A DNA stretch of 31,389 nt from an uncultured Clostridia bacterium (GTDB taxonomy: Bacteria; Bacillota; Clostridia; Christensenellales; UBA1242). Below are positions 1 through 8,123 of the stretch, in pieces; the first letter of the stretch is position 1; each line of letters begins with the position of its first letter. The notes below the pieces were generated by a model. It searched no databases, had not been told where the DNA came from, and was given only the letters and a program-made list of their open reading frames with translations. The stretch spans positions 1-31,389 of the forward strand of contig CAOJNR010000001.1 of assembly GCA_948439925.1 (NCBI GenBank), read 5' to 3'. Position numbers and translations under genes: made by a program.

Positions 1-2
1 AG

Positions 3-80
3 AATGAAAGCTACACAACAACCTACGAATTCATTGATGAGAGTTTTGAACTTGTTGTGAAATATTTGATTGGAAGATGA
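3..80 (+). CDS. 3' end of an upstream gene (partial, unknown product)
   Basis: Frame 3 is open from the window edge (NESYTTTYEFIDESFELVVKYLIGR*) to TGA 78-80, followed by a terminator-like hairpin. Confidence 0.35.
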   Translation, partial: NESYTTTYEFIDESFELVVKYLIGR

Positions 81-97
81 TTATTAAATAAAAAAAT

Positions 98-123
98 AAA
101 AGGCTAAAAAATTAGCCTTTTTT
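98..123 (+). terminator. Rho-independent terminator (possibly bidirectional)
   Basis: AAAAGGCTAA-aaaa-TTAGCCTTTT inverted repeat followed by a T run. Confidence 0.7.
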
Positions 124-160
124 CTTTTGTTATGATAAAATAATATTAATAGGAGAAGTT

Positions 161-1006
161 ATGAAAATTATTGAAGTTGAAAACAAAAGAGGAGATACTC
201 TCTATGGTTGCTGGTATGGTGAAAACTTTAAAGATACTTGCGTCATTCTCACCAATGGAAAATGTGGAAATATTTTTGAAAGTAAGTTTATTATGGTGAC
301 AGGTGAACTTCTGGAAAAGCAAGGAATATCGTTGCTTTACGCCCATAACAGTGGTGCATTTCACAGAATTGATACCCCGACAAAAAGCGGAAAACCTCTT
401 GGCACTACTTATGAACTTTTTGATAACTGCATTGATGATTTGCAAGCGTTTGTTGGCTTTGCGAAAAAGTGTGGTTATAAACGCATTATCTTGGGCGGTC
501 ATAGTTATGGTTCAAACAAAGTGATTTATTATCTTTCACAAAATCCAAATGAAAAGATAGACAATTTTTTGCTACTTTCTCCGGTTGATCTTGGATTTAT
601 TAGAAAAGAAAGAGTAGAGTCGAGAGAAATGCTTATAGCTATCGCGCAAAAATATAGAAATGAAGGTCGACTTGATGAAATCTTGCCTTATCAATATATA
701 GGTTATAATTTTTATACCGCACGTGCTTTTCTTGATTTTGTTGAAAACAAGAATGCTAAGAATCTGCCTATTTATTCGAAAGACAGTGATTGGAAACAGC
801 TTAAAAGCATAAAGCAATCAGGACTTTTTGTTATGGGCGAAAATGATAAGTTTGGAAATGGTGACACTTTTAAACATCTAAAAACCATCAATGAAAATAG
901 TAGGTATAAAAATAACGTTATTAAAGTAATTAAAGATTGTGGACATTCGTTCAGAGGTAAAGAAAATGAACTTGCGCAAACAATTCTGGAATTTGTTAAG
1001 GAGTGA
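161..1006 (+). CDS. alpha/beta-fold hydrolase (DUF1749-like)
   Basis: 281 aa; AGGAGA RBS; nucleophile elbow GGHSYG, late Asp (GENDK) and C-terminal His (CGHSF) consistent with a Ser-Asp-His triad. Confidence 0.75.
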   Translation: MKIIEVENKRGDTLYGCWYGENFKDTCVILTNGKCGNIFESKFIMVTGELLEKQGISLLYAHNSGAFHRIDTPTKSGKPLGTTYELFDNCIDDLQAFVGFAKKCGYKRIILGGHSYGSNKVIYYLSQNPNEKIDNFLLLSPVDLGFIRKERVESREMLIAIAQKYRNEGRLDEILPYQYIGYNFYTARAFLDFVENKNAKNLPIYSKDSDWKQLKSIKQSGLFVMGENDKFGNGDTFKHLKTINENSRYKNNVIKVIKDCGHSFRGKENELAQTILEFVKE

Positions 1007-1009
1007 AAT

Positions 1010-1825
1010 ATGAGTAAATCTAGTGAAACAAAAATCTTAATGCTTGGCGTTGGCAATGGCGGAACACTTGAACTTTTCAATACCTGTTTTACAGTGCAAA
1101 ATGATAAAGGAAACTTCTTGGTTGATACGGGGGGGGGTATTGAAATATTAAAAAATTTAAACTTAGCAGGTGTTGATTATAAATCAATAAAACATATCTT
1201 TGTTTCGCATAGTCACACTGACCATATTTTAGGACTTTTTTGGTATTTTAAAAAAATGGGGCGTTATGCATTGAATTGGAAGGTGCAAGATAAAATCAAT
1301 ATCTACTGCAATGACATTGTGTTTGAAGCAATTAAAGGGGTTTCAAAATATATTCTTCCTGCAAAACTCATGGATGCAGTTTATGGAATTGTTGACTTTC
1401 ACATATTGCAAGACGGCGATGTATATACCATCAATGGAGTCGACTATACTTTCATGGATATGCAAGCAAAAGGGACAAAACTTTTTGGATTTATGTGCAA
1501 TTTGAATGGTAAACAATTTGCCTTTTTGGGTGATGAAACTTTAAATCCGAAGTTATATAAAAATATTGAAAATTTCGACTATGTTATGCACGAGGCTTTT
1601 TGCTTGGAAGAAGAGGAAAATATCTTTCACGCTTATGAAAAGAATCATTCCACAACAAAAAGTGTAAGTGAAGTTATGAACAAGTTAAATGTGAAAAATT
1701 TGATACTTTTTCATACGGAAGATACTCATAAGGACAGAAAGAAACTTTATACGAGTGAGGCACAGAAATATTTCAATGGCAAGGTTTTTGTTCCGGATGA
1801 TTTGGAAGTTATTGAAATAAAATAA
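1010..1825 (+). CDS. MBL-fold metallo-hydrolase, RNase Z/BN-like
   Basis: N-terminal LGVGN..NTCF..LVDTG, HxHxDH motif (HSHTDH), GDE, HEA, HST and LFH motifs typical of the RNase Z group. Confidence 0.85.
   Translation: MSKSSETKILMLGVGNGGTLELFNTCFTVQNDKGNFLVDTGGGIEILKNLNLAGVDYKSIKHIFVSHSHTDHILGLFWYFKKMGRYALNWKVQDKINIYCNDIVFEAIKGVSKYILPAKLMDAVYGIVDFHILQDGDVYTINGVDYTFMDMQAKGTKLFGFMCNLNGKQFAFLGDETLNPKLYKNIENFDYVMHEAFCLEEEENIFHAYEKNHSTTKSVSEVMNKLNVKNLILFHTEDTHKDRKKLYTSEAQKYFNGKVFVPDDLEVIEIK
1129..1137 (+). repeat. G9 homopolymer tract, in frame (acG GGG GGG GGt = T-G-G-G)
   Basis: Direct count of 9 consecutive G. Confidence 0.9.
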
Positions 1826-1834
1826 GGAGAAGTG

Positions 1835-2283
1835 ATGACAGATAAAGAATATATGCAAATTGCGATTGATATTTCTAAGACTGCAAAATATCCTTATGGC
1901 GCAATCGTGGTTAAAGACGATAAGATTATCGGAAGAAGTGATATCGAGATTGACAACAAAACCTGCTATACTCATGCAGAGTTTGAGGCTATGCAATCTG
2001 CTTTGAAAGATAACAATCTTTATGGCGAATTGGAAGGTGCAACTTTGTATGTGAGCTGTGAGCCTTGCCCAATGTGTATGGGTGCTATCCTTTATCAGAA
2101 AATAGCCAAACTGGTTTATGGAGCAACGCTTGAAGATAGCGATAAATATTATTGCCCTGAAATTTTGGTGTCTTGTGAGGATATCCTTGCGAATGTCAAA
2201 AATCGGGGGGGGATTTGCAAATTGTCAATTTAATGAGAGAAGAAGCTGTTAAAGTTTTGAAAGAGAGAGGTAATAGGCAATAA
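1835..2283 (+). CDS. zinc-dependent nucleoside/nucleobase deaminase (CDA/TadA/GuaD-like), frameshifted at G8 tract
   Basis: PYGA, HAE and CEPCPMC motifs. As written the ORF stops at 2233, but a second frame (DLQIVNLMREEAVKVLKERGNRQ*) runs to TAA 2281-2283, overlapping the next ATG. Confidence 0.8.
2205..2212 (+). repeat. G8 homopolymer tract at the deaminase frameshift
   Basis: Direct count of 8 consecutive G; 6 or 9 G would restore the long frame. Confidence 0.9.
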
Positions 2284-2666
2284 TGACACATATAGCGATT
2301 TTCAGGCAACCATTTTTTAATATGGTTTTGAGCGGAGAGAAGACTATTGAAAGCAGATGGGCAATGCACAAGGTTGCGCCTTATGGAAAAGTGAAAACGG
2401 GAGATGCCATTCTGTTGAAAGAAACTGGAAAAGATGTTACTGCAACTGCGGTTGCTGGCAGGGTTGAGTTTTTTGAACTTACGCCAAGTTTGGTTGATGA
2501 GATAAGAATAAAATACGGCAAAGAAATTGGCACAGACAAATTTGAGGACTGGCAGGGCACAAGACATAAAAAATATTGCACACTTGTCTGGCTTGAAAAA
2601 GTTGAGAAGATAAATACTATAAAGGTCAAGAGAAGTAACGGCTCGGGTTGGATTGTTTGTGAGTAG
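2283..2666 (+). CDS. ASCH domain protein
   Basis: GxKxxExR signature (GEKTIESR) followed by VKTGD..LLK; 127 aa. Confidence 0.8.
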   Translation: MTHIAIFRQPFFNMVLSGEKTIESRWAMHKVAPYGKVKTGDAILLKETGKDVTATAVAGRVEFFELTPSLVDEIRIKYGKEIGTDKFEDWQGTRHKKYCTLVWLEKVEKINTIKVKRSNGSGWIVCE

Positions 2667-2682
2667 AAATTTTGGAGTGGTT

Positions 2683-3027
2683 ATGACAATAGAAGAACTA
2701 AAAGAGATTTTAATTAGAGTTTACGATAAAGACACTGCACATAAAGATTGGCGCAAAAAGTGGAGTGAAGAAAACATAACATGTGGGCAATGCGTTCCAA
2801 CGGCTTTGCTGGTGCAATATTATTTTGGTGGTGAAATTTATAAATCAAAACAAGAAGACCATTATTTCAATATAATAGATGGCAAAGTTGTGGATTTAAC
2901 CAAAGAGCAATTTGATTATGAACTCGATTATTCTTTAAGTGAGCAAAAACAGCCGAGTCTATCAAGTGCGGATACAAAAAACAGATTTGAGCTTTTGAAA
3001 GAAAGAGTAGAGAAATATAAGGAATAA
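2683..3027 (+). CDS. YunG-like protein
   Basis: WSEENITCGQCVPTALLVQYYFGG...HYFNIIDG...DLTKEQF pattern; GGAG RBS before ATG 2683. Confidence 0.65.
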   Translation: MTIEELKEILIRVYDKDTAHKDWRKKWSEENITCGQCVPTALLVQYYFGGEIYKSKQEDHYFNIIDGKVVDLTKEQFDYELDYSLSEQKQPSLSSADTKNRFELLKERVEKYKE

Positions 3028-3030
3028 GAT

Positions 3031-3124
3031 ATAAAATTACACATTTGGGGAACGGGTAATGCAGATTTTATAAAAAAACTATAATTCTTGTTTTGTTATT
3101 GAAAATAATAGGAAAAAGATGTTG
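3031..3124 (+). pseudogene. remnant 5' end of a second RNase Z-like MBL hydrolase gene
   Basis: AAGGA RBS, ATA in place of ATG, IKLHIWGTGNADFIK then, after removing one A from the A7 run, NYNSCFVIENNRKKML; aligns with KILMLGVGNGGTLELFNTCFTVQNDKGNFL of the 1010..1825 protein. Confidence 0.6.
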
Positions 3125-3157
3125 CAAATTTTATTTGTTAATTAAAGGAGGTTTAAT

Positions 3158-3880
3158 ATGAAAAAAATTGTAATTATAAGCGGTGCAAGCAGAGGGGTTG
3201 GCAAAGAGCTTGCCAAAGAGTTTTTGCTTAAAGGTGAGAATGTTTGTTTGATTTCTCGCACAGAGAAGGATTTAATTAAAGCTAAGAAGGAACTTTCAAA
3301 ACTTTCGAAAAAAGACATTGTGATTTATGCAGGTGATGTTAGCGATGAAAATTTTGTTAAAAGTATATATGCCGATTTGACAAAAAAGTATAATATCTCT
3401 TGTCTTGTCAACAATGCAGGTGTTGGAAGATTTGGGACAATTTATGATAATAATAAAGAAATGCTAGACACTGTTTTCCCTGCGATAGTATATGGAACAA
3501 TACTGATGACAACTTATGCTTTGCCTTACATGAAAGACAGCAAAGAAATTGTTAAGATTGTTAATATAATTTCTCAGTCTGGATTGAGGGCATTTAAGAA
3601 TGAAAGTGTGTATTGTTCAGCAAAATGGGCGCAAGAGGGTTATGCGCAATGCTTACGCGCTGAAACTTTTGGCACTAATATTAAAGTAATCAATGCTTAT
3701 CCGGGTGGAATTGATAGTGAATTTTGGAAAGAAAATAGAAACTATGTTAGTGAAAATGTTCAAAAAACATTTGCAAAGCCGGCTGAGGTGGCAAAAACAA
3801 TCGTTGATACTCTTTATTGCAAAAAGAGTTTAATCTTAAAAGATATAGTTTTAGAGCAAACTCATATGAATTTAGAGTAA
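3158..3880 (+). CDS. short-chain dehydrogenase/reductase (SDR)
   Basis: SGASRGVG Rossmann motif, VNNAG, YCSAK (YxxxK) catalytic motif, YPGGIDS. Confidence 0.92.
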   Translation: MKKIVIISGASRGVGKELAKEFLLKGENVCLISRTEKDLIKAKKELSKLSKKDIVIYAGDVSDENFVKSIYADLTKKYNISCLVNNAGVGRFGTIYDNNKEMLDTVFPAIVYGTILMTTYALPYMKDSKEIVKIVNIISQSGLRAFKNESVYCSAKWAQEGYAQCLRAETFGTNIKVINAYPGGIDSEFWKENRNYVSENVQKTFAKPAEVAKTIVDTLYCKKSLILKDIVLEQTHMNLE

Positions 3881-4043
3881 TAAATAATTTCCAAATTGTG
3901 TTTAGAAAAAATTTCACCACAATATATTGAATTGAAAACTTTGCACATGACAATTATTTTCAAAATTGACAAATTATTGATATTTTTAGTTGCGTAAAAC
4001 TTTTTATTTGGTTTATACTATTGGTGTAAGGAGGGTGGATGTT

Positions 4044-4196
4044 ATGAACGAACGAAACAGAGAGTTTTATGAAAGTGGTGCTGGGAAGGCATACAATATG
4101 TTAAAGCATGACGGAAACCCATATATTGCGTCTGAGCTTATTCGTGAACTTGACGAGCTGGACAAGGCGAGAAGTTTTGAAAATATGGAAATGTAG
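4044..4196 (+). CDS. small protein upstream of recO, possibly YqzL-like
   Basis: AAGGAGGG RBS, 50 aa, directly upstream of recO where YqzL sits in many Bacillota; FYESG..AY..LK loosely resembles the YqzL pattern. Confidence 0.5.
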   Translation: MNERNREFYESGAGKAYNMLKHDGNPYIASELIRELDELDKARSFENMEM

Positions 4197-4204
4197 GAGA
4201 AATA

Positions 4205-4927
4205 ATGGCTTCCACAAAGGTTAAAGCGCTGGTTATCGGCGGAAGAGATTTTAAGGAAAAAGACAAATTGGTTGAACTGTTCACGTTGGAACAAGGAAAG
4301 TTAACAGTTTCAATGAAAGGTGTTCGTGGTGAAAAGGCGAAGATGAAGTTCGCGAAAGAAGTGTTTTGTTTTGGCGAGTATGTGTTGGAAAACACTAAGG
4401 GTATGAATATTGTCAGCCAAGTTGAAATTATTGATAACTTTTTTGGGCTGACGAGTGATATAGACAAGTTTTATGAGGCGTCTGCTATTGTTGATATTGT
4501 CAGAAAGACTTTGGGAGTGCAAGCAAACCCACAGCTTTTCATTGAAACAATCAAAGCGCTCAAATGCTTGTGCTATGATAATGTCAAAAGTTTGTATGTT
4601 ATTGACAAATTTTTGATAAATATTTTCAAGGCTATGGGTTATTCATTTTTAACATCTACCTGTTCTTCATGTTCTGCCAAACTCGGTGATATTCGATATT
4701 TCAATTTGGGAGTCGGCGAGATAGTTTGTCCATCTTGCAAAAATGGAACATGTATAAGCATAAGTCCAGCATGCTTTTCAGCAATGAAAATCCTTGACCA
4801 AACCGATTATGAAAAACTTTCAACCATCCGACTTGCGCCATCATCTGAGGTTGAGGTTTATCATTTGCTTGAAAAAAACTTTGAGTGGAGAACGGGTGAA
4901 AGATTCATTTCAGCGTTGATTTCTTGA
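4205..4927 (+). CDS. recO: DNA repair protein RecO
   Basis: N-terminal OB fold (DFKEKDKLVELFTLEQGKL..KGVR), CSSC...CPSC zinc finger, 240 aa. Confidence 0.92.
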   Translation: MASTKVKALVIGGRDFKEKDKLVELFTLEQGKLTVSMKGVRGEKAKMKFAKEVFCFGEYVLENTKGMNIVSQVEIIDNFFGLTSDIDKFYEASAIVDIVRKTLGVQANPQLFIETIKALKCLCYDNVKSLYVIDKFLINIFKAMGYSFLTSTCSSCSAKLGDIRYFNLGVGEIVCPSCKNGTCISISPACFSAMKILDQTDYEKLSTIRLAPSSEVEVYHLLEKNFEWRTGERFISALIS

Positions 4928-4992
4928 TTAAAAATCAAGAAAGAAAAATTATTGCGACTGAGATAATTTAAAGAAAAATCTGCCAAAATGAG

Positions 4993-5022
4993 AAAAAAAC
5001 AGCGATTTTTTCGCTGTTTTTT
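4993..5022. terminator. bidirectional Rho-independent terminator between convergent recO and orphan
   Basis: AAAAAAACAGCGA-ttttt-TCGCTGTTTTTT inverted repeat with A and T tails. Confidence 0.85.
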
Positions 5023-5038
5023 GTGTTTTTAGGTTAAA

Positions 5039-5692
5039 TTATTGTAAAATTTCAGTTGCGTCTAGGCTTTTTTCTTCAAATAGTTGTTTGTCTATATTTT
5101 TAAGATTCGATAAAATATTAACTGTGAAGTCGAGCAATTTAACCATATTTTTTGAAATCTTGCCAAGTCCTTTATCGAGCTCTGTTTGATATGGCTTGTC
5201 ATTCAAAGAGTTGGTATGGATTGCAGGCGCGTTTTTATCTGCCTTGGAAAGTTCTTGATATTTTATATATGCTTCAAGCGACTCTTCTTGTTCAAGTAAT
5301 GTTTCAGGTGAAAGTTTGTTGAGTCTTTTAACGGTATTATTTACGCTCTTTAATGTCTTTTCAAGTTTTTCTGTTGATAAAGCAATGTTACTCAGAGCTT
5401 CATAATTTCTATCTCCAAACGAAAGTGACTCTTCATCAAGAAATATTTTTGCAAGTGGGTTTTCGTTCTTTGTGTTTTCAAGTAAAGCCTGCAATTCGAG
5501 GGTGTTTGTTTGATAAAGTTTAAAGCCTTGTTTGATTGTATCCAAAGTGGCGTTATATACAGAATCTTCGCTCAACACTTTTTTAACCTTCAAAGCAAGG
5601 GTTTCGATTCCTTCAACTTTTATTTGATCCTCTTGATTTCTTAATGATGAGATCTTTTCTGCGAATTGATATTCAAAATTGTGTTTTGTCAT
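5039..5692 (-). CDS. hypothetical protein, predicted helical/coiled-coil
   Basis: 217 aa ORF, AAGGAG RBS 7 nt upstream, own promoter and terminator; no recognisable motif. Confidence 0.75.
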   Translation of the reverse strand: MTKHNFEYQFAEKISSLRNQEDQIKVEGIETLALKVKKVLSEDSVYNATLDTIKQGFKLYQTNTLELQALLENTKNENPLAKIFLDEESLSFGDRNYEALSNIALSTEKLEKTLKSVNNTVKRLNKLSPETLLEQEESLEAYIKYQELSKADKNAPAIHTNSLNDKPYQTELDKGLGKISKNMVKLLDFTVNILSNLKNIDKQLFEEKSLDATEILQ

Positions 5693-5711
5693 ATTATTTC
5701 TCCTTGGTTTT

Positions 5712-5740
5712 AATATATCACATATTCATTAAAAAGTAAA
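5712..5740 (-). promoter_or_regulatory. sigma-A promoter of the orphan gene
   Basis: Minus strand TTTACT-17 nt-TATATT with extended -10 TG. Confidence 0.55.
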
Positions 5741-6005
5741 GGGTATTTTTTATTTTCGCCAAAATTCGCATTGAGAATTGTTAGTATTTTATGTGCAATT
5801 TGGCTTATATATATTTATATATAATATATTATATCCAGATAATTTTTCATTATAGTATAGGATTGTTTGACAAAAATTGAAAAATTTTGACTTTATTTAA
5901 CCTTCTTTTCAATATTTCTTGTAAGCGAACAACTGACCCGCGTGTTTGCTTTGTTTTTATATAGAAAAAATTATTAAATATATTTAAAAAATAATGGAAA
6001 AACCC

Positions 6006-6034
6006 TTGACAAAAGATTGGAGATTTGGTAGAAT
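6006..6034 (+). promoter_or_regulatory. sigma-A promoter of the S10 operon
   Basis: TTGACA-17 nt-TAGAAT with extended -10 TG. Confidence 0.85.
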
Positions 6035-6040
6035 TAGGAT

Positions 6041-6252
6041 GCTGTGAATTGGGTTGAAGTGTAAGGTTACTTTGATTACCAGCAATCAAAGAGAATTTAC
6101 GCGGACAAGTCTGTGGCAGTGACCGCGGGCGACCGACCTCAAAAAATTTCACATTTTTTAATGCCGACAGCAAAGAAACACACGGACAAGTTGTTCGTGT
6201 GAGAAAAAAGGCATATGGTCGGGATTGCTATTACAGGAGGTAAATTAATAAA
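6041..6252 (+). promoter_or_regulatory. structured S10 operon 5' leader
   Basis: About 210 nt UTR with hairpin CTTTGATT/AATCAAAG (6070-6091) and nested stems CCGACC/GGTCGG, ATGCC/GGCAT, CACACGGAC/GTTCGTGTG (6133-6222) ending just before the RBS. Confidence 0.6.
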
Positions 6253-6561
6253 ATGGCAACACAAGTTATCAGAATCAAATTGAAGGCCTTTGAACACGCA
6301 CTCATCGATGACGCTTGCAAGAGAATCATTGAAACCGCTGAAAAGTTCGGTGCGAAAGTCGCTGGTCCTATCCCACTTCCAACTGACAGAGAAGTGGTAA
6401 CTGTTATCCGTTCACCACACAAATACAAAGACAGTCGTGAACAATTCGAGTCAAGAACTCACAAAAGACTTATTGATATCTATTCACCATCTTCAAAGGC
6501 TGTTGATGCTCTTATGAAGATTGAATTGCCTGCTGGCGTGGATATCAAAATCAAATTATAA
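6253..6561 (+). CDS. rpsJ: 30S ribosomal protein S10
   Basis: [36 protein letters not shown]. Confidence 0.99.
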   Translation: MATQVIRIKLKAFEHALIDDACKRIIETAEKFGAKVAGPIPLPTDREVVTVIRSPHKYKDSREQFESRTHKRLIDIYSPSSKAVDALMKIELPAGVDIKIKL

Positions 6562-6575
6562 GGAGGAAGGCATAA

Positions 6576-7208
6576 ATGAAAAAAGCAATAGTTGGCAAAA
6601 AACTCGGAATGACACAAGTCTTCACTCCCGAAGGTTTGGTTGTGCCAGTTACAGTTGTTGAGGCAGGTCCATGCCCAGTCGTTCAACTTAAAAACGAAGA
6701 AAAAGATGGATACAAAGCAGTTGTCGTTGCTTTCGATAAGCAAAAGGCATCAAGAGTTAACAAACCAAGTGCTGGTGTTTTCAAGAAAGCTGGGGTTGAA
6801 ACTTTCAGAATGGTGAAAGAACTTAAATTTGAAAACGCAGAAGAATATAGTCTTGGGCAAGAAATTAAATGCGATATTTTCGCAGAAGGTGACAAAGTTG
6901 ATGTCACTGGCACAACAAGAGGCCGTGGTTTCACTGGCGTTATTCAAAGATGGAATCAACACCGTCTTAAAATGACTCACGGAACTGGTCCTGTTCATAG
7001 AGAAGTCGGCTCTATGGGTGCAAACTCAACTCCATCAAGAGTTTTCAAAAATAAACACATGGCTGGACATTATGGCGTTGAGAGAGTTACAATCCAAAAC
7101 CTTGAAATTGTCAAAGTTGACAATGAAAGAAACATCTTGCTTGTTAAGGGTTGCGTTCCTGGTCCTAAGGGCTCAGTGATAACAATCCGCGAAGCTAAGA
7201 AGGCGTAA
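6576..7208 (+). CDS. rplC: 50S ribosomal protein L3
   Basis: [31 protein letters not shown]. Confidence 0.99.
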   Translation: MKKAIVGKKLGMTQVFTPEGLVVPVTVVEAGPCPVVQLKNEEKDGYKAVVVAFDKQKASRVNKPSAGVFKKAGVETFRMVKELKFENAEEYSLGQEIKCDIFAEGDKVDVTGTTRGRGFTGVIQRWNQHRLKMTHGTGPVHREVGSMGANSTPSRVFKNKHMAGHYGVERVTIQNLEIVKVDNERNILLVKGCVPGPKGSVITIREAKKA

Positions 7209-7219
7209 AGGAGAATATC

Positions 7220-7846
7220 ATGGCAAAAGTTAAAGTTTTTAATATGCAAGCCCAAGAAGTTGGGTCAATCACTCTCCCAGAAGACCTTTTCAATGTTGAA
7301 TACAACGAACCACTCATTCACGAAGTTATCGTTGCTTACAACGCAAACCAAAGACAAGGCACAAAGAGCGCACTCACAAGAAGTGAAGTTCGCGGTCACG
7401 CTGCTAAGCCTTACAGACAAAAGGGAACTGGTCATGCAAGACAAGGTTCAACAAAAGGACCTCAATACACAGGCGGTGGAGTTGTTTTTGCTCCAAAGCC
7501 AAGAGATTTCTCAAAGAAAGTCAACAAGCAAGCTAAGAGAAAGGCACTTCTTTCAGCACTTAGCCAAAAGCTCGCTCAAAACGAAGTTATCGTTCTTGAC
7601 GAACTTACATTTGCAAACGCTAAGACAAAAGAAGCACAAGCTTTCGTTGACGCATTCAAATTCAATGGCTCAGTGCTTGTTGTAAATGACAAGAACGACG
7701 AAAAAATCATGCGCGCAACTTCAAACATGGAAGCGCTCAACGTTGAAGAAGCTGATCTTCTCAATGTTTATGAAGTTGTTGCAACAAAGAACGTTGTTCT
7801 CACTAAGTCAGCTATCAAATCTATCAAGGAGGCATACGCAGAATAA
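7220..7846 (+). CDS. rplD: 50S ribosomal protein L4
   Basis: [35 protein letters not shown]. Confidence 0.99.
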   Translation: MAKVKVFNMQAQEVGSITLPEDLFNVEYNEPLIHEVIVAYNANQRQGTKSALTRSEVRGHAAKPYRQKGTGHARQGSTKGPQYTGGGVVFAPKPRDFSKKVNKQAKRKALLSALSQKLAQNEVIVLDELTFANAKTKEAQAFVDAFKFNGSVLVVNDKNDEKIMRATSNMEALNVEEADLLNVYEVVATKNVVLTKSAIKSIKEAYAE

Positions 7847-8104
7847 TGGAAGCAACAGAAATTATTATCAGACCACTTCTTACTGAGAAAAGTTATGCCG
7901 GAATTCAAGGCAAAGTTTACACTTTCGAAGTAAACAAGAAAGCTGGCAAAGTTGATATCAAAAACGCAGTTGAAAAACTTTTTGATGTTCAAGTTGAAAA
8001 AGTTAACACTGTTATCGTAAAGGGACACAAGAAGTTACAAAAAAGCTATCGTAATCCTTAAACAATCTTCAAAATCAATCGCCTTCTTCGACAGTTTATC
8101 TTAA
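7846..8104 (+). CDS. rplW: 50S ribosomal protein L23, apparently frameshifted by a short deletion at ~8034
   Basis: [26 protein letters not shown] in frame 1; [22 protein letters not shown] follows in the +1 frame to TAA 8102-8104; the loop between them is missing. Confidence 0.92.
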
Positions 8105-8123
8105 AAGTAAGGAGGAAAAGTAA

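Noticed and set aside
5819-5834. Perfect 16-bp palindrome ATATAATATATTATAT
   Set aside because: Pure A/T within a TA-rich low-complexity patch; weak evidence for an operator.
5850-6173. 107-aa minus-strand ORF over the S10 promoter and leader
   Set aside because: No RBS, low-complexity composition, overlaps the promoter and structured leader.
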